A stretch of 64,000 bases of DNA from NCBI GenBank assembly GCA_963745025.1, contig CAVUWD010000005.1, positions 160,001-224,000 on the forward strand. Direction: 5' to 3'. Of this stretch, positions 29,486-40,275 are shown piece after piece (position 1 is the stretch's first letter; the number at the start of each line of letters is the position of its first letter). The position numbers and the translations under genes are program-made. The DNA comes from an uncultured delta proteobacterium. GTDB taxonomy: Bacteria > Desulfobacterota > Binatia > JACPRU01. The notes beneath the pieces were generated by a model. It was not told the origin of the DNA. It saw only the letters and a program-made list of their open reading frames with translations, and did not search any database.

Positions 29486-30511
29486 ATGAAGCTCGGCGAT
29501 CTGGCGCGGCAGCTCGGCTGCGAGCTCGAGGGCGATCCGACGATCGAGATCACCGGCCCGGCGCCGATTGGTGAGGCCGGCCCCGGCCAGGTGACCTTCG
29601 TTGCCAATCCGCGCTACCAGTCTAGGTTGAAGAGCCTGCAGGCGGCGGCTGTGATCCTCGCCCCGGGCCTGGAGGCTCCCGGCGTGGCCGTGCTGCGCTC
29701 GTCGCAGCCGTACGCCGCCTTCGTCCGCCTGCTCACTCTCTTTCACGAGCCGTATCGGCCTCCCCCCGGCATCGACGCGACGGCGCGGATCGCGCCGAGC
29801 GCGACGATCGGTCCGCGCGCGTCGATTGGCGCCTACGCAGTCGTCGGGGAAGACGTGACGATCGGCGCCGATGCGCGCATCGATCCCCACGTCGTGATCT
29901 ATCCGAGCGTGACGATCGGCGACCGCTTCACCGCGCACGCGGGCGCCGTAGTTCGCGAGCGCGCGACGATCGGTCACGACGTGAAGCTCCAGTCGGGCGT
30001 GCTGATCGGCGGCGACGGCTTCGGCTATCTGCCCGACGAGAAGGGCGGCGTGCACGCGATTCCCCAGACGGGAAGCGTCGTGCTCGAGGACGGCGTCGAG
30101 ATCGGCGCCAACACCGCAATCGATCGTGCGGCAGTCGGTGTCACGCGGATTCGCCGCGCGGCGAAGATCGACAATCTCGTGCAGATCGGTCACGGCTGCG
30201 AGGTCGGCGAGGGCGCGCTTCTCGCCGCGCAGGTCGGCCTGGCTGGAAGCACGCAGGTCGGGGCGGGGGCGCAGCTCGGCGGTCAGGTCGGAGCCGCCGG
30301 TCATCTGACGATCGGTGCCGGCGCACGAATCGCCGCACAGTCGGGAATTCCCAACGACGTCGAACCGGGAGCAGTGCTTTCCGGATACCCGGCGGTAGAG
30401 ATCCGCACCTGGCGACGATATGTCGCCGCCGTGCTTCACCTTCCCAAGCTGCTTCGCCGGGTGCGCCGTATCGAACGACGGCTCGGCATCGGCGCGAGCC
30501 GGGAAGACTGA
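29486..30511 (+). CDS. lpxD: UDP-3-O-(3-hydroxyacyl)glucosamine N-acyltransferase
   Basis: Hexapeptide repeats, IGGDGFGY, IPQTGSV, EIGANTAIDR and KIDNLVQIGH. Confidence 0.94.
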   Translation: MKLGDLARQLGCELEGDPTIEITGPAPIGEAGPGQVTFVANPRYQSRLKSLQAAAVILAPGLEAPGVAVLRSSQPYAAFVRLLTLFHEPYRPPPGIDATARIAPSATIGPRASIGAYAVVGEDVTIGADARIDPHVVIYPSVTIGDRFTAHAGAVVRERATIGHDVKLQSGVLIGGDGFGYLPDEKGGVHAIPQTGSVVLEDGVEIGANTAIDRAAVGVTRIRRAAKIDNLVQIGHGCEVGEGALLAAQVGLAGSTQVGAGAQLGGQVGAAGHLTIGAGARIAAQSGIPNDVEPGAVLSGYPAVEIRTWRRYVAAVLHLPKLLRRVRRIERRLGIGASRED

Positions 30512-30679
30512 AGACGGTCTTCGACCTTCATCTTCAGTCCCCGGCGCGAGAGGCAATCGGCCAATTGCCCAGAGCCGCGAGCCGATGGCCGTTTCCGGTG
30601 GTCTTTCCTTGCACGGGGGTCCACGTTATATTCGCAAGTCTTGCTCGCCTTTTCACCCGGCGGATAAGCGGGGGCTGCC

Positions 30680-31204
30680 GTGAAGATTCGCATCGAGGAG
30701 ATCAAGGACACCGAGAAGGACGCCGCGTTCGTGGAAGAAGTCTCGGAGATCAACGCAGAGCTCGCCCGTACGGGGGTGATCGACTATCAGTTCCAGGGCG
30801 CCGTGCCGGTGAACGTCCACTACTACCGCTTGGGCGCCGACCTTTTCTTCCGCGGCCAATTCGCGGGCCGCGTCGCGGGCACCTGCGCACGCTGCCTCGC
30901 CAATTACCCCTTCTCCCTGCACAAGGAGTTCACGTTCATCTTGAAGCCGCACGCCGAGCAGGCGGCGGGCGAGGAACTCGCCGAAGAGGACTTGTCGCTC
31001 AGCTTCTATCAGGGAGACGAGGTGGATCTCGCGCCGCTCGTGCGCGAGGCCATGATTCTCTCGCTCCCGACACGACCCCTCTGCAGCGACGAATGCCGCG
31101 GGCTTTGCCCGCATTGCGGCGCGAACCGAAACGTCCGTGCCTGCGGCTGTCACGAGGAATGGATCGACCCCCGCCTCGCGGTCCTGCGCACGTTGAAGCG
31201 GTGA
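30680..31204 (+). CDS. YceD/DUF177 family protein
   Basis: CARCL, LCSDECRGLCPHCGAN and DPRLAVL; lies just upstream of rpmF. Confidence 0.9.
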   Translation: MKIRIEEIKDTEKDAAFVEEVSEINAELARTGVIDYQFQGAVPVNVHYYRLGADLFFRGQFAGRVAGTCARCLANYPFSLHKEFTFILKPHAEQAAGEELAEEDLSLSFYQGDEVDLAPLVREAMILSLPTRPLCSDECRGLCPHCGANRNVRACGCHEEWIDPRLAVLRTLKR

Positions 31205-31228
31205 TCCCGCGCCCGACTGGAGATCGCA

Positions 31229-31411
31229 ATGGCCCTACCGAAGCGAAGAACGTCTCGTCAAAAGCGCAACAAGCGCCGCGCGCACGACGCGCTGGTCGTG
31301 CCGCAGTACGTCGCTTGTCCCGCCTGCGGCGAGCCCACGCAACGGCATCGCGCCTGCCGGCATTGCGGGCAGTACCGCGGGCGGCAAGTCGTCGAGATCG
31401 CGGAGGAGTAA
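31229..31411 (+). CDS. rpmF: 50S ribosomal protein L32
   Basis: [30 protein letters not shown]. Confidence 0.95.
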   Translation: MALPKRRTSRQKRNKRRAHDALVVPQYVACPACGEPTQRHRACRHCGQYRGRQVVEIAEE

Positions 31412-31451
31412 GCGCGTGGAGCGGTCCTTCGGCGGCCGCATCCCTTGACCC

Positions 31452-32621
31452 ATGAAGACCATTGCCGTCGATGCGATGGGCGGTGATCACGCCCCCGAGG
31501 CGATCATCGAGGGGGCCATCGCCGCGGCTCGCGAGCTGCGCATACCCCTGACGCTGGTCGGCGATCGCGACACGATCACCCACGAGCTCGGCCGGCATCG
31601 CGCGGGGAATCTGCCGATCCAGGTGCACCACGCCTCGCAGGTCGTGGAGATGGACGACAGCCCCGTCGAGGCTTTGCGACGCAAGCGCGACAGCTCGATC
31701 CGCGTCGGCTTCGCGCTCGTCAAGTCCGGCGACGCCGACGCTTTCGTCAGCGCCGGCAATTCCGGGGCGATGATGGCTGCGGCGGTGATGCTGCTCGGCA
31801 ACCTGTCCGGTGTCGACCGTCCGGCGATCGGCATCGAGCTCCCGTCGCGCCGCGGCCACGTCACGCTTCTCGATGCCGGCGCCAACGTCGAATGCGCGCC
31901 CCTAAATCTCGTACAGTTCGCGGTCATGGGGGACGTGTTCGCCCGAAGCGTGCGCGGGCTCCTGTCTCCACGCGTCGGCATCGTCAGCAACGGCGAGGAG
32001 GAGAGCAAGGGAACCGAGCTCACCCGCGCCGCCGACCGGGTGCTCCGCCAGATGCCGCTCAACTACGTCGGCTACATCGAGGGGCGCGACATCAATGCCG
32101 GGAACGTCGATGTCGCCGTTACCGACGGCTTCACCGGTAACGCGATCCTCAAGTCGCTCGAGGGCCTCGGCAGCTTCGTACAGTTCCTGCTGCGGCAGAT
32201 GTTCGAGCGGAATCTGAAGACCAGGCTTGCCTACCTGCTGCTAAAGAAAGATCTCGACCGCATCCGAGAGGTGCTCGACTACGACGCCGTCGGGGGCGCG
32301 CCGTTGCTCGGCGTGAAGGGCGTGACGATCATCGCCCATGGCTCGTCGAGCCCGAAGGCGATCAAGAACGCGATCCGCGTCGCCGCCGATTCCACGAGGA
32401 AGAACTTGATCGCCGAGATCTCGGGAGGGCTGCGAGTCGTCCCCGATATTCAAGAGCTTCCCGGGGCGGTTACGCGACGTGGCGGCCGCTTCTGGCAACA
32501 GCTGAAGGGCCGGTTCCGCCGCGATGGTAAGACCGATCGCAACGGCGACGCACGCGGGGAGGACGCCGAAGACAAGAGCGCATCGGAAGAGGAAGAGGAG
32601 GACGCTCCGAAGCGCAATTGA
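31452..32621 (+). CDS. plsX: Phosphate acyltransferase PlsX
   Basis: IAVDAMGGDHAP, SAGNSGA, LDAGAN, DGFTGN and HGSS. Confidence 0.95.
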   Translation: MKTIAVDAMGGDHAPEAIIEGAIAAARELRIPLTLVGDRDTITHELGRHRAGNLPIQVHHASQVVEMDDSPVEALRRKRDSSIRVGFALVKSGDADAFVSAGNSGAMMAAAVMLLGNLSGVDRPAIGIELPSRRGHVTLLDAGANVECAPLNLVQFAVMGDVFARSVRGLLSPRVGIVSNGEEESKGTELTRAADRVLRQMPLNYVGYIEGRDINAGNVDVAVTDGFTGNAILKSLEGLGSFVQFLLRQMFERNLKTRLAYLLLKKDLDRIREVLDYDAVGGAPLLGVKGVTIIAHGSSSPKAIKNAIRVAADSTRKNLIAEISGGLRVVPDIQELPGAVTRRGGRFWQQLKGRFRRDGKTDRNGDARGEDAEDKSASEEEEEDAPKRN

Positions 32622-32750
32622 CGGATGGACGCACACGGGAGCAGTGGTGGATCGCCAGGCGAGCGCCACGGACCCCGTCCGGCGGCTCCCTGTTCCTCGC
32701 CAGGTCGATGTGATAGGGACGCCGGAATCTCAACGGGAGGTCACACGAAC

Positions 32751-33008
32751 ATGGCAGGTGCTGAAGGGGCGGCGAAGGACACTGAAGCGCGGGTGAGGGA
32801 GATCATCTGCGAGCACCTCGGAGTGGGAGAAGAAGAAGTCACGCGGGAAGCCTCGTTCATCGAGGATCTCGGGGCGGACTCGCTCGATATCGTCGAGTTG
32901 GTGATGGCGCTCGAGGAAGAGTACGAGATGGAAATCTCCGACGAGGATGCGGAGAAGATCCGGACCGTCGGCGACGTCGTGAAGTACATCGAGGAACACA
33001 AGAAATGA
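32751..33008 (+). CDS. acpP: Acyl carrier protein
   Basis: [19 protein letters not shown]; GGAGG RBS. Confidence 0.95.
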   Translation: MAGAEGAAKDTEARVREIICEHLGVGEEEVTREASFIEDLGADSLDIVELVMALEEEYEMEISDEDAEKIRTVGDVVKYIEEHKK

Positions 33009-33009
33009 T

Positions 33010-33094
33010 GGCGACCGGCTACCGGCGACCGGCTGCCGCGAAAGATTCACGACGTCTTTTCCGGAAGCCAAAGCCGGAAGCTAGCCGGTAGCCG
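33010..33094. repeat. Heptamer-armed REP-like palindrome, copy 5
   Basis: GGCGACCGGCTACCGGCGACCGGCTGCC..AAAGA..GTCTTTT..CCGGAAGCC..GCCGGTAGCCG. Confidence 0.7.
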
Positions 33095-33102
33095 ACCCCC
33101 GG

Positions 33103-33612
33103 ATGAAATGCCCCTTTTGCCGAGATCTCGAAAACAAAGTCATCGATTCCCGCCTCAGTAAGGACGGCGACATCATCCGCCGCCGGCGCGAGTGCCTGCG
33201 CTGCCAGCGGCGCTTCACCACCTACGAACGCGTCGAGGAGATGCTGCCGATGATCGTCAAGAAGGACGGTCGTCGCGAGGTCTACGAGCGCCTGAAGGTG
33301 ATTTCGGGGCTGAAGAAGGCGTGCGAGAAGCGCCCGGTCAGCATGGAGATGATCGAGCAGACCGCCGACCGGATCGAGCGCATGCTGCAGGAGCGGGGCG
33401 AGAAAGAGGTGTCGAGCTCGGTGATCGGCGAGGCGATCATGCGAGCCCTCTACGACCTCGACAAAGTGGCCTACGTACGCTTCGCCTCCGTCTACCGCTC
33501 CTTCGAAGACGTGAACGAGTTCATGCGCGAGCTGAAGGACCTGATCCAGCAGAGCCGCACGGGCGAAGGCGCGAAGAAGAGCGGGCAGGGCAAAGGGAAG
33601 GCGAGGGCGTGA
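33103..33612 (+). CDS. nrdR: Transcriptional repressor NrdR
   Basis: [29 protein letters not shown] and [10 protein letters not shown]. Confidence 0.95.
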   Translation: MKCPFCRDLENKVIDSRLSKDGDIIRRRRECLRCQRRFTTYERVEEMLPMIVKKDGRREVYERLKVISGLKKACEKRPVSMEMIEQTADRIERMLQERGEKEVSSSVIGEAIMRALYDLDKVAYVRFASVYRSFEDVNEFMRELKDLIQQSRTGEGAKKSGQGKGKARA

Positions 33613-34736
33613 GCGCGGCGCGACCCGTGCGCGCCACCGTGACGTCTGCCGACGCCCGTTACATGGCCGAGGCACTGCGCCTCGCGCGTCGCGGGCTCGG
33701 CCGCACGAGCCCCAATCCCGCGGTCGGCGCGGTCGTGGTGAGGGGGGGTACGATCGTCGGACGCGGCTTTCACCGCCAGGCGGGTGGACCGCACGCCGAG
33801 GTATTCGCGCTTCGCGAGGCCGGCCGGCGCTCCCGCGGCGCCACGCTCTACGTCACCCTCGAGCCCTGTTTCCACTTCGGTCGCACCCCGCCCTGCGTGG
33901 ACGCGGTACTGGAATCCGCGGTGGCCCGCGTCGTGGTCGGCACGCTTGACCCGAATCCGCGGGTGCGCGGGCGCGGGATTCGGCGCCTGCGCCGCTCCGG
34001 CCTCGCCGTCGACATTGGCATTCGCGAGGCGGAGTGCCGCGCACTGAACGTCGACTTCGAGAAATACGTGGCGACGGGCCTTCCCTTCGTGGTGCTGAAG
34101 CTCGCGGCGACGCTCGACGGCCGGATCGCCACCGCCAGCGGCGATTCGCGCTGGGTGACGGGTGAGGCCTCGCGGCGGAGGGTCCATGAGATGCGCAACC
34201 GTTGGGATGCCGTCATCGTTGGATCCGAGACCGTGCTGCTGGATGATCCGGAGCTGACCTGCCGGATCCGTGGCGGCCGGCATCCGTTGCGGGTCATTCT
34301 CGACGGGCGGCTGCGCAGCCCCGAGTCGGCCCGCGCGTTCGCCCACGATCCGGAACGCACCCGGGTTTATACGCTCGCCGAGGACGGCGCCAAGGCCGGG
34401 CGGCTCCGGCGGCGAGGCGTCGCCGTGCATCGGGGGGCGGGAGACCGCGTAGGATCGCTCCGCCGCGTGCTCCGCGACTTAGCGAAATCGGGCATCAAGA
34501 GCGTCTTGATCGAGGGCGGAGGGGTGCTGGCGGCGCATGCGCTGCGGGGAGGTCTCGTCGATCGCGTCGCTCTCTTCTTCGCGCCGAAGCTGCTCGGCGG
34601 AGATGGCCGGCCCATGGTTGCGGCGATGGGTCTCGGCCGCATGAACGAGGCAATTCCGGTCGTTGACGCGACGCTCGAGCGGCTCGGGGAAGACCTCTTG
34701 ATCGAAGGGCAGCCGGCCTTCCGAAAGAGCCGATGA
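33609..34736 (+). CDS. ribD: Riboflavin biosynthesis deaminase/reductase RibD
   Basis: [36 protein letters not shown] and LIEGGG. Confidence 0.94.
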   Translation: MSAARPVRATVTSADARYMAEALRLARRGLGRTSPNPAVGAVVVRGGTIVGRGFHRQAGGPHAEVFALREAGRRSRGATLYVTLEPCFHFGRTPPCVDAVLESAVARVVVGTLDPNPRVRGRGIRRLRRSGLAVDIGIREAECRALNVDFEKYVATGLPFVVLKLAATLDGRIATASGDSRWVTGEASRRRVHEMRNRWDAVIVGSETVLLDDPELTCRIRGGRHPLRVILDGRLRSPESARAFAHDPERTRVYTLAEDGAKAGRLRRRGVAVHRGAGDRVGSLRRVLRDLAKSGIKSVLIEGGGVLAAHALRGGLVDRVALFFAPKLLGGDGRPMVAAMGLGRMNEAIPVVDATLERLGEDLLIEGQPAFRKSR

Positions 34737-34775
34737 AACGCTAGGATTGCCTTTGGCCGACGACGATCGGGAATG

Positions 34776-34822
34776 GGCTTTGGCATCCCCAACGAGCCTT
34801 TGCCGAAAGCCGAAAGCCGAGC
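34776..34822. repeat. REP-like palindrome, GGCTTT variant
   Basis: GGCTTTGGCA...TGCCGAAAGCCGAAAGCCG. Confidence 0.5.
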
Positions 34823-34826
34823 GCAG

Positions 34827-36020
34827 ATGGATTTCACCCAGGTCCTCGAGGGAATTCGCGGAGGCGAGATGGTCGTGGTCGTGGACGACCGCGACGGCAG
34901 CGGTGAGCTTTGCCTCGCAGCCTCCCGTGTGACCCCGGAGGCGATCAATTTCATGGCGACCCATGCGCGCGGCCTGGTGTGCTTGGTGCTCACCGAGGAG
35001 AAGCTCCGCGCGCTCGGCATTCCGCTCGTGGGGGGCGAGGGCAGCGCGCGACGGACCTTCGGGGTGTCCATCGAGGCCCGGCGCGGGGTTTCGACCGGGA
35101 TCTCGGCGGCGGACCGTGCGACTACCATCCGCGCCGCGGTCGCCGAAGGCGCAAGCGCCGATGATCTGGTCATGCCAGGACACGTGCTTCCGGTACAAGT
35201 GCGGCGTGGTGGGGTACTCTCGCGCCCGCAGATTCCCGAGGCGGCCGTCGACCTCGTGCGTCTGGCGGGCATGCCTCCCATGGCAGTCACGTGCGCGATT
35301 CTTCGCGACGACGGTGCGATCGCGCACGCGGCGGACCTCGAGGCGTTCGCCGAGCGGTACGATCTGTCGCGCGTCGGCATCGAATCGCTGGTGCGCTATC
35401 GTCTGCGATTCGAGACCCTCGTCACTCGCGTCGCCTGCTCGTGGATCCAGACTCCAGTCGGCGAGTTCGAGGCGATCGCCTACCGCAGTGAGGTGGACCC
35501 ATACGAGCACGTGGCCCTGGTGCGGGGCGACGTCGCCGGAGACGACCCCGTCATCGTGCGCATCCATTCGCAATGCCTGACCGGCGACGTCTTCGGATCG
35601 CTGCGCTGCGACTGCGGCGATCAGCTGCAGCAGGCGTTCGTCCAGATCGCCCGTGAGGATCGAGGGGTTCTCGTCTACATGCGCCAGGAGGGACGAGGCA
35701 TCGGGCTCGGCAACAAGATCCGTGCCTACGCGCTCCAGGACAAGGGCCGCGACACCGTGCAGGCGAATCTCGATCTCGGCTTCAAGGAGGATCTGCGCGA
35801 CTACGGCATCGCCGCGCAGATCCTCCGCGAGCTCGGCGTCTCCACGGTGCGCTTGCTCACCAACAACCCGCGGAAGATCGCCGGGCTGCAGCGCTATGGG
35901 GTCAACGTGATCGAGCGGATCGCGCTCGAATCGACGCCGCACGACGACAACATCGAGTATCTGCGCACCAAGCGGGAGAAGCTCGGTCACTTCTTCAACA
36001 CGCTGCCGCTGATTACGTAG
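34827..36020 (+). CDS. ribBA: RibBA fusion: DHBP synthase-like domain (degenerate) + GTP cyclohydrolase II
   Basis: RIHSQCLTGDVFGSLRCDC, RQEGRGIGL and LLTNNPRK are intact. The RibB part keeps INFMATHARGLVC and TGISAADRA but has altered catalytic motifs. Confidence 0.88.
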   Translation: MDFTQVLEGIRGGEMVVVVDDRDGSGELCLAASRVTPEAINFMATHARGLVCLVLTEEKLRALGIPLVGGEGSARRTFGVSIEARRGVSTGISAADRATTIRAAVAEGASADDLVMPGHVLPVQVRRGGVLSRPQIPEAAVDLVRLAGMPPMAVTCAILRDDGAIAHAADLEAFAERYDLSRVGIESLVRYRLRFETLVTRVACSWIQTPVGEFEAIAYRSEVDPYEHVALVRGDVAGDDPVIVRIHSQCLTGDVFGSLRCDCGDQLQQAFVQIAREDRGVLVYMRQEGRGIGLGNKIRAYALQDKGRDTVQANLDLGFKEDLRDYGIAAQILRELGVSTVRLLTNNPRKIAGLQRYGVNVIERIALESTPHDDNIEYLRTKREKLGHFFNTLPLIT

Positions 36021-36031
36021 GCGGGACGGTC

Positions 36032-36511
36032 ATGCCCCGTGAGATCAACGGCTCGCTCGACGGCACCGGGCTTCGGATCGGCGTCGTCGTGGCCCGCTTC
36101 AACGCGTACATCACCGAGCGCCTGCTCGCGGGCGCGCTGCGGGCGCTCACCGACGCCGGGGTCATCGACGAAGACGTGACGATCGTTCGCGTGCCCGGAG
36201 CCTTCGAGGTGCCGCTCGCGGCTCGCGAGCTCGCCGCCAGCGGGGAGGCCGACGCAGTCGTGTGTCTGGCCGCGGTGATCCGCGGCGAGACGCCTCACTT
36301 CGAGTTCGTCGCGCAGTCGGCCGCCGACGGTGTCGGCACGACGATGCTGGATCTCGGTGTGCCGATTGCGTTCGGCGTGTTGACGACGAACACTGTGGAG
36401 CAGGCGGTGGAACGCTCCAACGAGGGCCAGGGAAACAAAGGAGCCGAAGCCGTACAGACGGCGATCGAGATGGTCCGCGTGCAGCGTGCGATCCGGCGAG
36501 GGCGGCACTGA
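36032..36511 (+). CDS. ribH: 6,7-dimethyl-8-ribityllumazine synthase
   Basis: VARFN, VPGAFEVP, VIRGETPHF and NKGAEA. Confidence 0.95.
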   Translation: MPREINGSLDGTGLRIGVVVARFNAYITERLLAGALRALTDAGVIDEDVTIVRVPGAFEVPLAARELAASGEADAVVCLAAVIRGETPHFEFVAQSAADGVGTTMLDLGVPIAFGVLTTNTVEQAVERSNEGQGNKGAEAVQTAIEMVRVQRAIRRGRH

Positions 36512-36957
36512 TGGGAGCCCGGCGACAGGGTCGCGAGATCGCGCTGCAGGCGCTCTACCGAATCGAGCTCACGGGCGACGCCTCGCCCGAGGCGCTCGAG
36601 CGGCTCTGGCAGCACTTCGAAGCGCCGATCGAAGCCCGCGGGTTCGCGCTCGAGCTCATCGACGGCGTGCTCGCCGAGCGCGAGGCGATCGACCGAATGC
36701 TCGCCGACGCGGCGGAGCATTGGCGCCTCGAACGGCTCTCTCGCGTCGACCTGAACGTGCTGCGCATTGCCGCCTACGAGCTCCTCCAGCACGACGAACA
36801 CGTTTTCACGAGCGTGGTGATCGACGAGGCGATCGAGATTGCGCGCCGCTTCGGAGGCGAGGAATCGTCGCGGTTCGTGAACGGCATCCTCGACGAGATC
36901 GCCGGCCGGCTCGGCGTGCGCGAGCGCCGTGACCCGTCGCCCGCCGTCAAGGAATGA
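36511..36957 (+). CDS. nusB: Transcription antitermination factor NusB
   Basis: RRQGREIALQALY, WRLERL..VD, VVIDEAIEIA and FVNGILD. Confidence 0.93.
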   Translation: MGARRQGREIALQALYRIELTGDASPEALERLWQHFEAPIEARGFALELIDGVLAEREAIDRMLADAAEHWRLERLSRVDLNVLRIAAYELLQHDEHVFTSVVIDEAIEIARRFGGEESSRFVNGILDEIAGRLGVRERRDPSPAVKE

Positions 36958-37016
36958 CCGCGCGGTTCGCCCTCGCAGACGACCCTGCAGCAGGCGCGAC
37001 ATAGCGAGACCCGTTC

Positions 37017-39542
37017 ATGCCCTACGACCACAAGACCGCCGAGCCCAAGTGGCAGTCCCGCTGGGAGGCGGAGCACGCCTTCGCGACCGACACCGACGCG
37101 TCGAAGCCGAAGATCTACCTTCTCGACATGTTCCCCTATCCGTCGGGTGCGGGGCTTCACGTCGGCCATTGCGAAGGCTACACGGCCACCGACGTCCTCG
37201 CTCGCTACAAGCGGGCGAAGGGCTTCCGCGTGCTCCACCCGATGGGCTGGGATGCCTTTGGTCTTCCGGCGGAGCTCTACGCGGTGCGCACCGGCATCCA
37301 CCCAGCGAAGACCACCGCGGCGGCGATTGCAACCTTCAAGCGGCAGATCCGCTCGCTCGGCTTCTCCTACGACTGGTCGCGCGAGATCGATACGACCGAT
37401 CCTCTGTACTATCGCTGGACGCAGTGGATTTTCCTGAAGCTCTTCGAGCGCGGCCTCGCATACCAGGACGTGGTGCCGATCAACTGGTGCCCGAATGACC
37501 GCACCGGCCTCGCCAACGAGGAGGTGAAGCAGGGGCGCTGCGAGCGCTGTGGCACGCTCGTCGAGAAGCGAAATCTCCGCCAGTGGATGCTGCGCATCAC
37601 GGCGTACGCCGACCGCTTGCTCGCCGACCTCGAGGGATTGGATTGGCCCGAGGGCACGCTCACCATGCAGCGCGAATGGATCGGTCGGAGCGAGGGCGCC
37701 GACATCACTTTTCTCGTGGCCGAGGGCTCGCCCGGGGCCGGCGAGCCGATCGTCGTGTTCACCACGCGCCCCGACACGCTTTACGGCGCGACCTACGTGG
37801 TCCTCGCCCCAGAACATCCGCTTGTCGGGAAGGTCACGACGGAGGCGCAGCGCACGGCCGTCGCCGCATACGTGGAGGCGGCCCGGGACAAGAGCGAGCG
37901 CGAGCGGGTCGAGCAGGTGAAGACCAAGACGGGCGTTGCGACCGGGGCGTTCGCCATCAATCCCGTGAACGGCGAGCGGGTGCCGATCTGGATCGCCGAT
38001 TATGTGCTGTGGGGCTACGGCACCGGCGCGATCATGGCCGTGCCGGCGCACGACCAGCGCGACTTCGAGTTCGCCCAGGCCTTCCGCCTGCCGATCGTGC
38101 AGGTGATCGCGCCGAGGGACGGCTCGCCCGTTTCCGAGGATCGCGCCTTCCTCGACGCCGGCCCTGGCGTCGTGATGGTGAGCTCCGGACCACACACCGG
38201 CCTCGATTCAGACGCCGGTAAGAAGGCGGTCATCGAATCGCTGGCGACCAAAGCGCTCGCGCGCCCGAAGGTCGGTTACAAGCTCCGCGACTGGATCTTC
38301 TCGCGCCAGCGCTACTGGGGCGAGCCCATCCCGATCGTGCACTGCGAGCGCTGCGGGGTCGTTCCGGTGCCGGAGAAGGAGCTCCCGGTTTTGCTGCCGG
38401 CCGTCGAGCGCTTCGAGCCTTCGGGCACCGGGGAGAGCCCGCTCGCCACGATCGAGGAGTGGATCCGCACGCGCGTGCCCGAAGTGCGATGGCGAGGCTC
38501 GAGCGCGAGACCAACACGATGCCCCAGTGGGCGGGCTCGTGCTGGTACTACCTGCGCTTCCTGGACCCGAGGAATGACCAGCGCCGCGTGGGATCCGAGG
38601 ATCGAGCGGCAGTGGATGCCGGTCGACCTCTACGTCGGCGGCGCCGAGCACGCGGTGCTGCATCTGCTCTACGCGCGTTTCTGGCACAAGGTGCTCTTCG
38701 ATCGCGGGCCACGTGTCGACGAAGGAGCCGTTCGCGAAGCTGCGCCACCAGGGGATGGTGCTCGCCTACGCGTATCGCGACGCGCCAGGACCGCTGGCAG
38801 GGCTACGAGGAGATCGAGTTTCGCGGCGCCGAGGTGCACTTGAAGGCCACCGGCGAGAAGCTCGTCGCGTCGGTCGAGAAGATGTCGAAGTCGCGGCTGA
38901 ACGTGCATCAATCCCGACGACGTGGTCGCCGAGCACGGCGCCGACGTGCTGCGTCTCTACGAGATGTTCATGGGCGACTTCGAGCAGCCGAAGCCCTGGG
39001 ACACGCGCGCGATCATCGGGCTCGTGCGCTTCGTGCACAACGTGTGGCGCCTGGTCGAAGAGCCGAAGTGTGTCCCGGGCGACCCGCATCTTCGTCTGCG
39101 CCACAAGACCATTCGCGCCGTGGGCGAGCGCATCGAGGCGCTCAAGTTCAACACCGCGATCGCGGCGCTGATGGAGTACGTCGGCGAGCTCCAATCGAAG
39201 GGGGCGAGCCGCGCCGATCGAGAGACACTGCTCCGTCTCGCGGCGCCGTTCGCGCCTCACGTGGCCGAGGAGGGTTGGCATCATCTCGGGCATGCCACGC
39301 TCCTCTGCAAGGAGCCCTGGCCGGACTACGACCCGGCACTGACGATCGACGCGACCGTGACGATCGCGGTTCAGGTCTCGGGCAAGATGCGCGGCACCGT
39401 CGAGACCGAGCGCGGCGCCGACGAAGCGACGGTACGGGCCGCAGCCGAGAAGCTCGCCACCGTGACGCGCGCCCTCGCGGGGAGGCGGATCGTGAAGACC
39501 ATCTTCGTCCCCGCCAAGCTATTGAACCTCGTAGTCGATTGA
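37017..39542 (+). CDS. leuS: Leucine--tRNA ligase (several frameshifts between about 38480 and 38930)
   Basis: [65 protein letters not shown] and QVSGKMR are spread across frames. Confidence 0.92.
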
Positions 39543-39561
39543 TGGAGAGTAGGGCGCGACG

Positions 39562-40164
39562 ATGAAGCGAGAATCGACGCGAACGAGAGGCCTTTTCGCC
39601 GTGGCTCTGGCGTTCGGGTCGCTCGCGGGCTGCGGCTATCAATTCGCTGGCACCGGCAACCGGCTGCCGCCGGAGATCCGCGCGATCAGCCTCGGGCCGA
39701 TCCAGAATGCGACGCGCGAGGTCGGCATCGAGAAGCTGCTGATCGAATCTCTCGAGGACGAGGTGGCCAGCCACGGCCGGCTGAAGGTCGTGCCGATCGG
39801 GGAGGGCGATGCGCAGCTGACCGGCGTGGTCCGCTACTATGTTTCGCGGCCCGTCGGCTACAACTCCAATGACGAGGCGACGCTATATCAAGCCAGTGTC
39901 GCGGTGGACCTGGCTCTCCGCCGGCGGGACAATGGAAAGCTGCTCTGGAAGACGGTTGGCCAGCGCGGGACGCAGGAGTACAGCGCCGTGCCCGGCACGG
40001 TTGTCACCAGCTCGTCGCAGTTCCAGCGGAGCGCCGTGAACGTCAAGTCGATCCCTCAGTTCACCGACATCCAGCTGTCCGAGAGCACGCGGCGCGAGGC
40101 CAACGAGCGGCTGATCGAGCAACTCTCGCGCGACCTCTACAATGTGATGATGGAGGACTTTTAG
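39562..40164 (+). CDS. lptE: LPS assembly lipoprotein LptE
   Basis: Lipobox LAGCGY; conserved leuS-lptE-holA gene order. Confidence 0.8.
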   Translation: MKRESTRTRGLFAVALAFGSLAGCGYQFAGTGNRLPPEIRAISLGPIQNATREVGIEKLLIESLEDEVASHGRLKVVPIGEGDAQLTGVVRYYVSRPVGYNSNDEATLYQASVAVDLALRRRDNGKLLWKTVGQRGTQEYSAVPGTVVTSSSQFQRSAVNVKSIPQFTDIQLSESTRREANERLIEQLSRDLYNVMMEDF

Positions 40165-40230
40165 CGCTCGGCGTCCGGCTTTCGGCAAAGACGCATTGAG
40201 CCTCTGCCGAGAGCCAAAGACCGACAGCCG
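40164..40230. repeat. REP-like palindrome, GGCTTTCGGC variant
   Basis: CGGCGTCCGGCTTTCGGCAAAGAC..GCCTCTGCCGAGAGCCAAAGACCGACAGCCG. Confidence 0.6.
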
Positions 40231-40239
40231 ATCGCCTCG

Positions 40240-40268
40240 TTCACCGAGCGCGCGCGCCCTGATACACT
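40240..40268 (+). promoter_or_regulatory. Putative extended -10 promoter giving a leaderless holA mRNA
   Basis: TTCACC-N17-TACACT with TG at the extended position; the GTG start lies 7 nt downstream and has no SD. Confidence 0.4.
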
Positions 40269-40275
40269 TCGCCGC

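Noticed and set aside
37017-39542. Programmed frameshifting or pseudogenisation of leuS (likewise secA)
   Set aside because: Too many scattered indels with no slippery-site pattern in essential genes; assembly error is far more likely.
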